This document shows positions 12,535-27,499 of a stretch of 64,000 bases of DNA, piece after piece. The number at the start of each line of letters is the position of its first letter. The first letter of the stretch is position 1. The notes under the pieces were generated by a model. It was not told the DNA's origin. It worked only from the letters and a program-made list of their open reading frames with translations, and searched no databases. The translations under genes and the position numbers were made by a program. Source of the stretch: the human T2T-CHM13v2.0 reference genome, Homo sapiens; assembly GCF_009914755.1 (NCBI RefSeq), contig NC_060925.1. One strand, 5' to 3'.

Positions 12535-15500
12535 TATTTTTTTATTTTTATTTTTAAAAGTTTTTATTTGCATAGGTTATTGGGGAACAGGTGGTGTTTG
12601 CTTACATGAGTAAGCTCTTTAGGGGTGATCTGTGAGATTTTGGTGCACCCATCACCCGAGCAGTATAGCTGAACACAATTAGTAGTCTATTATCCCTCAC
12701 CTCCTTCCCACATTTTCCCCCTAGTCCCCAAAGTCCACTGTGTCATTCTTATGCCTTTGCATCCACATAGCTTAGCTCCCACTTATAGTGAGAACATAAC
12801 GATGTTTGGTTTTCTATTCCTGAGTGACTTCACTTAGAATAATAGTCTCCAATCTCATCCAGGTCGCTGCAAATGCCATTAATTCATTCCTTTTTATGGC
12901 TGAGTAGTATTCCATCATGTATATATAACTATAGTGTCTTTATCCACTCGTTGATTGATGGGCATTTGGGTTGGTTCCATGTTTTTGCAATTGCCAATTG
13001 TGCTGCTACAAACATGTGACAAAAGAACATTGATTCTTTTTTGCATAATGACTTCTTTTCCTCTGAGTAGATACCCACTATTGGGATTGCTAGATCAAAT
13101 GGTAGTTCTACTTTTAGTTCTTTAAGGAATGCCTGCACTGTTTTCCATAGTGGTTGTACTAGTTTACATTCCCACCAGCAGTGCAAAAGTGTTTCCTGTT
13201 CACCACAGCCACACCAACATCTATTATTTTTTTATTATGGCCATTCTTGCAGGAGTAAGGTGGTATCACACTATGGTTTTGATTGGCATTTCCCTCATCA
13301 TTAGTGACGTTGAGCATTTTTTTATGTTTGTTGGCCATTTGTATATCTTCTTTTGAGAATTGTCTATTTATGTCCTTAGCCTACTTTTTGATGGGATTGT
13401 TTTTTCTTGCTGATTTGTTTGAGTTCCTTGTAGATTTGGATATTAGTCCTTTGTCAGATGTATAGATTGTGAAGAGTTTCTCCGACTCTGTAGGCTGTTT
13501 ACTCTGCTGACTGTTCCTTTTGCCATGCAAAAGCTCTTTAGTTTAATTAAGTCCTAGCTATTTATCTTTGTTTTTGTCGCATTTCCTTTTGGGTTCTTGG
13601 TCATGAAATCCTTGCCTAAGCCAATGACTAGAAGGGTTTTTCCAATGTTATCTTCTAGAATGTTTATAGTTTCACGTCTTAGATTTAAATCTTTGGTCCA
13701 TCTTGAGTTGATTTTTGTATAAGGTCAGAGATGAGGATCCAGTTTCATTCTCCTACATGTGGCTTGCCAATTATCCCAACACCATTAGTTGAATAGGTTG
13801 TTTTTTCCCCATTTTTTGTTTTGGTTTTCTTTGTTGAAGAACAGTTGGCTGTATTTGGCTTCGTTTCTGGGTTCTCTATTCTGTTCCATCGGTCTATGCG
13901 ACTATTTTTATTCCAGGACCATGCTGTTTTGGTGACTATGGCCCTATAGTATAGTTTGAAATCAGGTATTGTGATGCCTCCAGATTTGTTCTTTTTGCTT
14001 AGTCTTGCTTTGGCTATGCAGCCTCTTTTTTGGTTCCATATGAATTTTAGGATTTTTTTTTCTAGTTCTGTGAAGAATGATGGTGGTATTTTGATGGGAA
14101 TTGCATTTAATTTGTAGATTGCTTTGAGCAGTATGGTCTTTCTCACAATATTAATTCTACCCATCCAAGAGCATGAGATGTATTTCCATTTGTTTGTGTC
14201 ATCTATGATTTCTTTCAGCAGTGTTTTGTAGTTTTCCTAATATAAGTCTTTCACTTCTTTGGTTAGGTCTATTCCTAATGATGTATGTATGTATGTATGT
14301 ATTGAAGCTATTGTAAAAGGGGTTGAATTCTTGATTTGATTTTCAGCTTGGTCGCCATTACCAGAAGAGCTACCGATTTGTGTACATTAATTTTGTATCC
14401 AGAAATTTTGCTGAATTCTTTTATCAGTTCTAGGAGCTTTCTGAAAGAGTCTTTAGGGTTTTCTAGGTAAACAATCATATCGTCAGCAAACAGCAACAGT
14501 TTGACTTCGTCTTTACTGATTTGGATGCCCTTTATTTCTTTCTCTTGTCTGATTGCTCTGGCTAGGCCTTTCAGTGCTATGTAGATATGAAGTACCATTC
14601 CATTCAGCACACGTAGAATGCAAATGGTGAGAGTGGGCATCTTTGTCTTGTTCCTGTTCTCAGAGAAAATGCTTTCAACATTTCCGCATTCAGTATTATG
14701 TTGGCTGTGAGTCTGTCATAGATGGCTTTTATTACATTGAGGTATGCCCCATGTATCCCAATTTTGCTGAGAGTTTTAATTATTGATGAGTGCTGGATTT
14801 TGTCAAATGCTTTTTCTGCATTTATTGAGATGATCATGTGATTTTTGTTTTCAATTCTGTTTATGTGGTGTATCATATTTATTGACTCGTGTATGTTCAA
14901 CCATCCCTGCATCCCTGGTATGTAACTCACTTGATCATGGTATATTATCTTTTTGATATGTTGTTGGATTTGGTTAGCTAGTATTTTGTTAAGGATTTTT
15001 GCATCTATGTTCACCAGGGATATTGGTTTGTAGTTTTCTTTTTTGGTTATGTCCTTTCCTAGTTTTGGTATTAGGGTGATACTGGCTTCATAGAATGATT
15101 TTGGGAGCATTCTCTCCTTCACTATCTTGTGGAATAGTGTCAATAGGATTGGTACCAATTCTTCTTTGAATGTCTGATAGAATTCTGCTGTGAATCCATC
15201 TGGTCCTGAGGTTTTTTTGTCGGTAATTTTTTAATTACCATTTCAATCTTGCTGCTTGTTTTTAATCTGCTCAGGGTACCTAATTCTTTGTGATTTAAGC
15301 TAGGAGGGCTATATCTTCCCAGGAATTTATCGATTTCCTGTAGGTTTTCTAGTTTAGGCATGTAGAGGTGTTCATAGTAGCTTTGAATGATCTTTTGTAT
15401 TTCTCTGGTATCAGTTGTAATAGCTCCCATTTTGTTTCTAATTGAGCTTATTTGGATTTTCTCTCTGCTTTTCTTGGCTAATTTTGCTAATAGTCTATCC

Positions 15501-18500
15501 ATTTTATTTATATTTTCAAAGAACCAGCTTTTTGTTTCATTTAGCTTTTGTGTTTTTTTGTTTCAATTTAATTTAGTTCTGCTCTGATCTTGGTTATTTC
15601 CTTTGGTCTTTCCTTGGTTATTTTCCTTCTGCTGGGTTTGGGTTTGGTTTGTTCTTGCTTCTCTAGAACACCTTTAGGTGTGACCTTAGATTGTCTCTTT
15701 GAGCTCTTTCAGACTTTTTCATGTAGGCATTTGGAGCTGTGAACTTTCCTATAGCACTGGCTTTGCTGTATCCCAGAAGTTTTGATAGGTTTTGTCACTA
15801 TTGTCATTTGGTTTGAAGAATTTTTTTATTTCCATCTTGATTTCATTGTTGACCCACTGATCATTCAGGAGCAGGTTATTTAATTTCCGTGTATTTGCAT
15901 GATTTTGAAGGTTCCTTTTGAAGTTAATTTCTTAAATTTATTGAGGCTCATTTTATGGCCTATTATGTGGTCTATCTTGGAGAAAGTTCCATGTGCTGAT
16001 GAACAGAATGTGTATTCTGCCGTTGTTGGGTAGAATGTTCTGTAAATATCTGTTAAGTCCATTTGTTCTATGGCATAGTTTAAATCTATTGTTTCTTTGT
16101 TGACTTTCTGTCTTGATGACCTGTCTAGTGCTGTCAGTGGAGTATTGAAGTCCCCCACTGTTAATGTGTTGCTATCTCATTTCTTACGTCTAGTAGAAAT
16201 TGTTTTATAAATTTGGGGGCTCCAATATTAGGTGTGCATATACATTTAGCATTTTGATATTTTCCTGTTGGACAAGGACTTTTATCATTATATAATGTCC
16301 CTCTTTGTCTTTTTTAACCGCTGTTGCTTTAAAGTTTATTTTATCTGATATACAAATGGCTACTCCTGCTCACTTTTGGTGTCCGTTTGCATGGAATGTC
16401 TTTTTCTACCACTTTACCTTAAGTTCATGTGAGTCCTTATGTGTTAGACGAGTCTTGAAGGCAGCAGATAGTTGGTTGGTGAATTCTTCTCCATTCTGCA
16501 ATTCTGTATCTTTTAAGTGGAGCATTTAGGCCATTTACATTCAACATTAGTATTGAGATATGAAGTACCATTCCATTCATCATGCTGTGTTACCTGTTTA
16601 CCTTGATTTTTTAAATTGTATTTTTGTTTTATAGGTCCTGTGAGATTTACGCTTTAAAGACGATGTGTTTTGATGTGTTTTCAGGATTTATTTCAAGATT
16701 TTGAGCTCCTTCTAGCAGTTCTTGTGGTGCTGGCTTGGTAGTGGCAAATTCTGTCTGCATTTGTTTGTCTGAAAAAGACTGTAACCTTTTCTTCATTTAT
16801 GAATCTTAGTTTTACTGGATACAAAATTCTTGGCTGATAATTGTTTTATTTAAGGAGGCTGAAGATAGGACCCCATTCCCTTCTAGCCTGTAGGGTTTCT
16901 GCTGAGAAATCTGTTAATCTGATAGGTTTTCCTTTACAGGTTACCTGGTGCTTTTGCCTCACAGCTCTTAAGATTCTTTCCTTCATCTTAATTTTAGGTA
17001 ACCTGATGACAATGTGCCTAGGCAATGATCTTTTTTGCAATGAATTCCCCAGGTGTTCTTTGTTCTTCTTGTATTTGGATGTCTAGGTCTCTAGCAAGGC
17101 CAGGAAAGTTTTCCTCGATTATTCCCCAAAATATGTTTTCCAAACTTTTAGATTTCTCTTCTTTCTCAGGAATGCTGATTATTCTTAGGTTTGTTCATGT
17201 ACTATAACCCCAGACTTCTTGGCAGCTTTGTTCATATTTTTGTATTCTTTTTTCTTTGTCTTTGTTGAATTGAGTTAATTCAAAAACTTTGTCTTCACCC
17301 TCTGAAGTTCTGTCTTCTGTCTTCTGCTAGTTCGATTCTATTGCTGAGACTTTTCAGAGTATTTTGCATTTCTGTAAGTACATCCATTGTTTCCTGAAGT
17401 TTTGATTGTTTTTTATTTATGCTATCTATTTCATTGAAAATTTCTCCTCTCATTTCTTGTATTTTTTTTTTTTTTTTGACTTCCTTAAATTGGGTTTCAC
17501 CTCTCTCTGATGCCTCCCTGATTAGCTTATTAACTAACTTTCCGAATTCCTTTTGAGGTCAATCAGGGATTTCTTCTTGGCTTGGATCCATTGCTAGTGA
17601 GCTAGTGTGATTTGGGGAGGTTGTTAAAGAACTCTGTTTTGTCATATTACCAGGGTTGGTTTTCTGGTTCCCTCTCATTTCGGGGGGCTCTGTCAGAGGG
17701 AAGGTCTTGGGCTCAAGGCTGTTGTTCAAATTCTTTTTCCTACAGGGTGTTCCTTTGATGTAGTACTCTCCCATTTTTCCTATGGATGTGGCTTCCTGAG
17801 AGCTGAGCTGTAGTGATCACTAACTCTCTTCTGGATCTAGCCACCCAGCAAGTCTGCCAGGCTCCAGGCTGGTACTGGGGGTTGTCTGCACAGAGTCTTG
17901 TGATGTGAACTGTCTGTGGTTCTCTCAGTGGTGGATACCAGCACCTGCTCCAGTGGAAGTGGCAGGGGGGTGAAATGGAATCTGTGAGGGTCCTTAGTTT
18001 TGGTTTCTTAATGCACTATCTTTTGTGCTGGTTGGCCTCCTGCTGGGAGATGGTGCTTTCAAGAGAGCATCAGCTATGGTACTATGGGGAAGAACAGGTG
18101 GTGGGCAAGGCCCTAGAATTCCTAAGAGCATGTGTGCCCTTTGTCTTCAGCTACCAGGGTGGGTAGGGAAGGACCATTAGGTAGGGGCAGGGCTAGACCT
18201 GTCTGAGCTCAGTCTCTCCTTGGGCGGGTCTTGCTGTGGCTGCTGTGGGGATGTGGGTGTAGTTCCCAGGTCAATGGAGTTCTGTTCCTAGGAGGATTAT
18301 GGCTGCCTCTACTGTGTCATGCAGGTTGTCAGGGAAGTGGGGGAAAGCTGCAGTCACAGGACTTACCCAGCTCCCATGAAACTCAATGGGATAGCCCCCT
18401 CCCACGGTGCCCACCACCAACAGCACTGAGTCTGTTTCCAGGCAGTGGGCGAGCAGGGCTGAGAACTCGCCCCAGGCTACCCACCTCCCAGCTGTGAAAG

Positions 18501-19071
18501 CAAATAGGGTATTCGTGCTTCCCCCTCCTCTGGAGTCTGCACACCAGATTCACGCCCTCTCTTGAGTTCTGGCCAGGAGACTTCTCGATCAGTTCAAATT
18601 ATTACAAAGTTCAGCTGGAGGTTTTCTTCTCTCTCACTGGCCTTTTCCCACTGCCTCTGCCAGCACTCCCCAAGGACCCCTGTGAGGCAAGGCAGAAATG
18701 GCTTCCTAGGGGACCCAGCAAGTCCACAGGGCTTTTCTCACTGCTTCCTCTACTCCTGTATTTCGGTTGGCTTTCTAAGTTCACTCAGCTCCAGGTAAGG
18801 TCAGAATCTTCTCCCGTGTTCTAGACCTTCAGGTTCCTGACTGAGGGTGTGTGTTTGGGGGTGGAAGATTCCCCCTTTCCCACCTCCACAGTTTGGGCAC
18901 TCACAGTATGTGGGGGTGTTTCTTGGAGCCTGCAGGAGCAATCCACTTCCTTCAGAGGGTGTGTGGGTTCTCTTGGCTTTCCTGATTTATTCCTGAAGTT
19001 GTTCTGGGTCTAAAGTTCACGAGGCAAGCCTCCACACACTACTCTGTCCATTTGAGTGGGAGCTCCAATCT
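12535..19071 (-). mobile_element. Near-full-length LINE-1 (L1PB1-like) with ORF1 and ORF2 disrupted
   Basis: Collinear 5' UTR (~17.7-19.07 kb), ORF1 pieces (PRHIVIRLPKIKMKERILRAVRQKHQ), endonuclease (GDFNTPLTALDRS), RT ([14 protein letters not shown]) and an L1PB1-type 3' UTR. Many stops and frameshifts. Confidence 0.95.
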
Positions 19072-19099
19072 CTTAATCTCCGTTTAAGGTGGAGCAAGT

Positions 19100-19590
19100 A
19101 TGTCTTAAGGAAACTAACATCTTTCAGGTATTGAGGTTTTCATCATTAACATAGCATTTCTATTCCCTTATTTGGATCTTCTCTATTGCCTTTTAATAAA
19201 TTTTTGTGTTTTTTTTCCCACAAAGATCTTACACATGTGCCTTCTGTTTTTTATTATTGTGGTTGTTGCCACAATAGATATTAATTTTTAAAGAATTATT
19301 ATTTCTATTTGGATTTAGTAGACAAATACAATAGACTTTTGTATATCATTTTTATACCCAGCAACTTTGCTAAATTTTCTTATTCTGGTAATTAGTAAAT
19401 TACTCTCAATTTTACATGTAGACATTATGTCATCTGCAAATAATGACCAATTTGTTTCTTCTTTTAAAATTCTTATGCCTTTTATTTATTTTTCTTGTAT
19501 TGTTTCACTGATTATGACCTCTAACATAATAGTGAACTAATGCAGCATTAGCAGGCATCTTTGTCTTATTCATGATTTTAAAAGCTTCCC
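19100..19590 (-). mobile_element. Old L1M/L1ME ORF2 fragment
   Basis: Contains the atgtcatctgcaaa (FADDM) landmark and neighbouring degraded ORF2 sequence. Confidence 0.7.
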
Positions 19591-19593
19591 ATT

Positions 19594-20015
19594 TGATATG
19601 GTTTGGATCTGTATCCCTACCAAATCTCATGTTGAATTGTAATCCCCAATGTTGGAGGTGGGGCCTGGTGGGAGGTGATTGGATCATAGGGGTGGATTTC
19701 TCATGAATGGTTTGACACTATCCCCCTTAGTACTGTCCTCACAATAGTCAGTGAGTTCTCATGAGATCTGGTTGTTTAAAAGTGTGTAGCATCTTCCCCC
19801 TACTTGCTCTTTCTCCCACCATGTGAGATGCCTTGCTCTCCCTTTGCCTTCCACCATGATTTTAAGTTTCCTGAGGCCTCCCCGAAAACTGAGCAGATGC
19901 CAGCATCATGCTTCCTGTACAGCCTGCAAAACCTTGAGTCAAGTAAACCTCTTTTCTTTATTAATTACCCAGCCTCAGGTCTTTCTGTGTAGCAATGTGA
20001 GAACGGTCTAATACA
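19594..20015 (+). mobile_element. MaLR solo LTR (MSTA-like)
   Basis: tgatatggtttggatctgt…ctaataca termini; perfect 5-bp TSD CCATT at 19589-19593 and 20016-20020. Confidence 0.93.
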
Positions 20016-20020
20016 CCATT

Positions 20021-21511
<1,491 letters not shown>

Positions 21512-21649
21512 ATTTTTTTAAGTTTAGAATGTTCTTCCCCAACCTGGCTAAATCCTGTTGTTCTTTTAGGTCTCATGTTATTTTAAATGTCACTTCCTCA
21601 AACAAGTCTTTTGCCTCCCCTCACCTCATCCTACCCTTCCTTCTTTAAG

Positions 21650-22420
<771 letters not shown>

Positions 22421-24529
22421 TACATTCCTTGACCTCCCAATATAAATCAGTTCCTCTTGTCATAGTCCTTAAAATGCTCTATGCTTTTCCTTCATAACAC
22501 TTATCAGAACTTATGTTTGTATATTCATTCACTGAACATCTATCTCCTCATAGATGTTAGACACCGTGTGTATTTTGTTCACTACTCTTTATCTGGCTCA
22601 CAGTGTAGTGCTTTACCCATGGCAAGCACTCAATATATGTTTGCTGAATTGATGAGTAAATAAATGACCCTGTAGTTGACTAGATATGAAGAGGGGGCAA
22701 AAAAGGGAGGAGGCTTAGGATGACTTCACATTTTTCTGGCTTTGCCAAGAGAAGGGGGAATGATATCATTGACTTGTATTGGGAACATATGCGGAGAAGC
22801 CAGTGTTGGAGAGAAAGAACATGAGCTAAGTTTTAGAGGTGAGTTTAGGGTGCTTATGGTATATAAAGTGTAGCTTTCCAGCAAATAGGGGGTCCATCTG
22901 TATCCAGCTTAGAAGAGGACTAGGCTGGAGATCTGATTTGGAAGGCCTTAGATAATAGGGAGTGTTGGAAGCCTTAGGGGCTGGTGAGATCCTCCAGGGA
23001 GCATTAAATATGGGAAAGAACTGATGACTGAGGAGAGGGACCTGAAAAAAAAATCCCTCAGGCTGGTCCAGATGAAGAACAGTCCAGTGTTCCTCAGGGT
23101 CTGCTTAATTCCTGTCTTCCAGCTGGGCCTGAAGAGCCACTGGCCAAGAAGGCTAGTCCTGATTTTGGAGGAGTCTGGAAGAAGGCAGTGTTAGGCTCAG
23201 TCCAGCATCCTTGACTCTTGGCCAGACAAGTGCCCTCTTGGGCAGGGCGGAGGTTCCCACCTAGACACAGCCTCTGTCTATCTTCTCAGAGCCGTGCATC
23301 CCCCACTTGGGGACTGTCTTAGGGTATCTAATATGTCAGGAACTTTAAAAACTTTTCCATATATGATCTCAATCTTTAACCTGGGTATAAACTATTATGC
23401 CCATTTTACAGAAGAAGGATCAGAGACTTGGGAAGGTAAAAAACTTGCCCTGGATCCAACATCTGGGATGTGTCCTGGCTGGGACTCCAGTGCTGTGATC
23501 GTTCGATTATAGGCTTTCTCTTTATCACAGTTTTGTGCCTTGTGGACGGATAGTGGGTCCATCCCATGGGAGCTGTAGGAACAAAAGGTCCCAGAGGGCA
23601 AAGTCAGCAGCCTGAACACTAACAGATTGCCAACTCTTGCCAAACCCACTTTGAGGAGTGAAGTCTAGGCCTGCAAACCCACCTCATGCTGGACTCTCTC
23701 CTTAGTTGCTGCCACCTAGAGCTACCATCATCTAGCTTGTTCAGGCTGGGGCCCTGACGACGCCTACCTTCTCTGTGGCTTTCCAGGCTCCTTTTGTTTC
23801 CTGGATGAGCTGCTCCTCCATGGGTCTCCTTAGTTTCCCCTGGAAGATCATAGAAAACAGAGATCTAGCACTCTGTACTGAACAGCACTTGGGTCCTAAT
23901 TCTGGGAGTAGAACATTAGGAGAAACAGTTTCTGGGAATTTAAAAGCAACAGACAAAGAAAAAGTCCTGTTAAAAAAAAATTTTGGAAAAACAAGCATGC
24001 CTTCAAGTACTTTTTGGATGCCATTGTTGATCTCAAGCCATTTTATTAGTTTAAAGCCATAGAACACATTATAACTCAGTTTGCTCCAAAAATTATCACA
24101 TTTGGCATATTTGGAGACAAGCAGGCCTGGGGAAGAAAAGGATAAAATGCAGGAGAGAAAAGGGGATTCCTATATTTCCCCTTGAGTTTTCTAAGAAAAC
24201 AAAAATTATTCTCAGAAAAAAAAAAATCTTTCCAACTCCCAGTTCTTCCAATTCTTATTGTGACCAGAAAAGTATACTCACAAAAGCCACCACTCCTAGT
24301 CAATAGCTACCGTATATTTCCACACTGGAGGGAATAGTATATTATCCACATGTGCCTCCACCCCAAGACCAGGGCCCAGCAGGATGAGGGGGACCTCACT
24401 GTCTCGAGAAGCCGCACCTAAACCAGTGCCCCTTCCAGAAGAGAAGAGGGTGTGAGTTCCGGGCAGGAGCCACAACCTAAGTTTCTAGCTAAGATATGCA
24501 AACAGATAAGTGTCTAAGGGAAAATTCTT

Positions 24530-25025
24530 ATTCCTATTTTATAGGCTCACAATTCAACAAACATTTCCTGGGTTTCTTCCATGCTAGGAGTAAAGCTAAG
24601 GAATGGAGTCATAAAAGTGAATATGCCACAGTGTTTTTCCTGAAGGATCTCATAGAGAAACAAATAAGCAAGCAATCACTTTTGGCACAGTGTGGTGAGT
24701 GCAATGATTGAGATGTGTGCAGGAGGCTTCATGTGCGAGTGAACCTGGCTGGGGGTGGGGACAGAGACAGGGAAGAATTCCTGGAGAAGGGTCTGCCTGA
24801 GTTGTGTCCTGTTGGACCAGAAGGAATTAGTCAAGCACAGTGGGGAGGAAAGCATTCCAGGTACAGGGAACAGCATGTGATAAAAGAAACATGTATAAGG
24901 AAGAGCATTTGGCACTTTTCTGGAACTATAAATAGATTAGTATGCCTCGTGCCATCAGAGTGAAGAAGGGAAGAGTGGAGATGAGGCTGGAGAGGAAGGC
25001 AGCCCACTCACGATGAAGGGATTAG
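24530..25025 (-). mobile_element. L2 fragment
   Basis: Purine-rich L2 antisense motifs (ggaaagcattccaggtacagggaacagcatgtg; gagatgaggctggagagg). Confidence 0.72.
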
Positions 25026-25029
25026 ATTG

Positions 25030-25251
25030 TTGGAGTCAGCAAATGTTTTCTGTAAAGGGGCAAATAATACATATTTTAGGTTTCTTGAGTCATATCCTCT
25101 CTGTCGCAACTACTCAACTCTGCTACTATAGCACGAAAGTAACCATAGCCAATATGTAAATCAGTGAACATGTCTACATTCCAGTAAAACTTTATTTACA
25201 AAAACAGGTGTAGAGCTGGATTGGCCCGTGGGCTGTAGTCTGCAGACTCCT
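25030..25251. mobile_element. MER58A-like hAT-Charlie MITE
   Basis: ggagtcagcaaa…ttttctgtaaagg … ttccagtaaaactttatttacaaaaacagg … tgcagactcctg, with residual terminal inverted repeats. Confidence 0.85.
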
Positions 25252-25277
25252 GCTGTAAATCACAATTATCCAGAAAC

Positions 25278-25389
25278 AAGCTAACCAACTCATTCCATTT
25301 GGCCCAGGACTTCTCCAGTTTTAGCACTGAAAGCCCCAAGTCCTGGAAAACACCTCAGTCCCAGGTACACTGGGACAGTTGGTCGCCTA
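25278..25389. mobile_element. MER81-like hAT MITE, followed by a MER5-like remnant
   Basis: cccaggact…gttttagcactgaaag…cctcagtcccagg…gggacagttggtcgccta. Confidence 0.8.
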
Positions 25390-26523
25390 GGAAGCTTGTT
25401 AAAAATGCGAATTCCTGAGCGGACTCCTGGCTCAATTAATCAAAATCCACTGGAGTCGGGAGAGCTACAGGTGATGGGGCGCCATCTATGGGCAAGAGAG
25501 TGATAAAATCAGATTTGTACCTCAAGTGGTTTGCTCTCGAGGAAGGAACACATTCCCCAATACCCCTACTCTTGATGGCAGGAGAAAATGGTCAATGTGT
25601 CTCTTTAAGAGGATAGAGTCAGCTGGCTAGCAGCACCGGGGCTGAGGCTGGGCATTAACTGGTTTGTGCAAATGGTTTTTCTCTAAGTAATCACTGCCCA
25701 CTAAGGATAGAGGAGAGTCCACAGAATCCAACGGTCAGGGCCCTTGGATAGACCATAGGAGGGGAGAAACCAGAAGAGCCTCTCCCTGTGTTCCCCTAGA
25801 GCCAGAGCTCATCATGCCAGTGGGAGCCTCACTGTTTGTCTAGAGCAGCTGCACCGAAACCAGTGCCCCTTCCAGAAGTGAAGAGGGGAGTGAGTCCTGG
25901 ACTAGAGTTGCAAGCCACATTTCCAGCTAAGGTACATGGACAGATAAAGAAAAATAAACAGAGGGGAAGATAAACTTTTGGCCCCAGATGTCCATTTTTG
26001 GAAGGTTTTCATGGTCAGCTCTTATCAGCAATAGCTCTAAAAAGCCAGGTCTGAAATTTTCCTTTCTGAAGCAACAGGTGTTTTATTTCTGTTCAGAAAT
26101 GGCAACTGTTTGGCTTGGGCAAACAAAGAGTTTGCACTAAAAGGACTAATAGTACTCTCTTTACTTTTCTTAATCAGCCCCTTTTGAATTTAACTTCACA
26201 GCCATGGCGAATTTTCCACTTTAATTACAAATAGTGCTTCCTATCTTCTGGACTGCTCCTTTCTAAAACAGGTGGCTCTTATTCTAAGAACGTTGATATA
26301 TGAAAGCCTATGCTCACATTGCAGATAATTTGAATTACATAAAAATTCTTAACATCTGAAATAGGTTCTCTCTTATACATTGCAGAGCTTGTTTGTGGAC
26401 CATTAAGCCCATTAACAATTTGGCCAGCATTCTCTAGCTATTGCCAAATGAAGAACAATCAGAGATGAAGATAAAATATATTTTAAGTCAATGGAAAAAT
26501 AAGTAGCTTTTTTTCTGGTATTA

Positions 26524-26775
26524 GGCAGCAGAGCTTGGTGGTTAAATGAAATGGCTCTTGAGTCAAACTGCCTCAGTTGGAATCCTTGATTTACTTCTCA
26601 CTTGATGTGTGACTTTGGGCACATTAATTCATTTCTCCAAGCTTAATTTTCCTCGTCTGTGAAATAGGAATACTAGTAATACTTCCCTATTGGGTTGTCA
26701 CGTAGATTAAATAAGGTAATACATGTAAAGTATGTAGCACAGAAAGCATATAATAAATGTTAGTTGTTAATATTA
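26524..26775 (+). mobile_element. MIR SINE
   Basis: tRNA-like head (gtggttaa), core tgtgactttgggca…ttttcctcgtctgtgaaatagg and tail aataaatgttagttgtta. Confidence 0.85.
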
Positions 26776-27499
26776 CTCATATTAGGCAAATCATTTTACC
26801 TGTACGGGCTATGCTTTCTCATTAATGAAATGACAGAGTTGACCTCTAAAGTCTGTTAGTTACCAATTCTCCAGTTCATGTAGAAAAATAAAAAAGGCAG
26901 AGAAGAGCTATGTGGATACAGAAACATCACTCCCCAGGACAGCCCTATGAAAAGTGGCCTGGGGCAGGGGGTGGGGAGGGGGGGGCACCGACTGACACAG
27001 GGATAGAATATTTATTTGATAATAAAGTGAGGCGAAAACAGGAGAGATGTTGTGGGAATAGTCTATATGCTGCCTAGACAGAAAGAAGGACATAGATGAT
27101 ATTTTCCTGGTCTATACACAGAAGCTCGCTCCAAAGCTAAGACACTGGACATGAGGTATGTGTTCTAAATTCTTTGCTGGACATTTAATTCTGCTAAAAG
27201 GAGAGCATCTGATAAGTTTTCAACCTACTTCACTGGCATTTTTATTGTGTAGTATGTGAATGCATTAACAAAGTTGATAATACACTGGACTTCACTTTCA
27301 CCATCAAAGAAGAACAAGTTTGGTGATGTAAAAATGGGAGGAGCATTGGGAGAAAATGACTGTGTCATTTTCCAATTTATAAGCACAAGAGACAGAAATA
27401 ATGTGCCTATCAGTACTCTGAATAGTGGTGATTTTCAAAATGAAACTTTACAATCACAAATTATACCCATAAAGGAGAAAAAAGTAAGAATTTTTTGGT

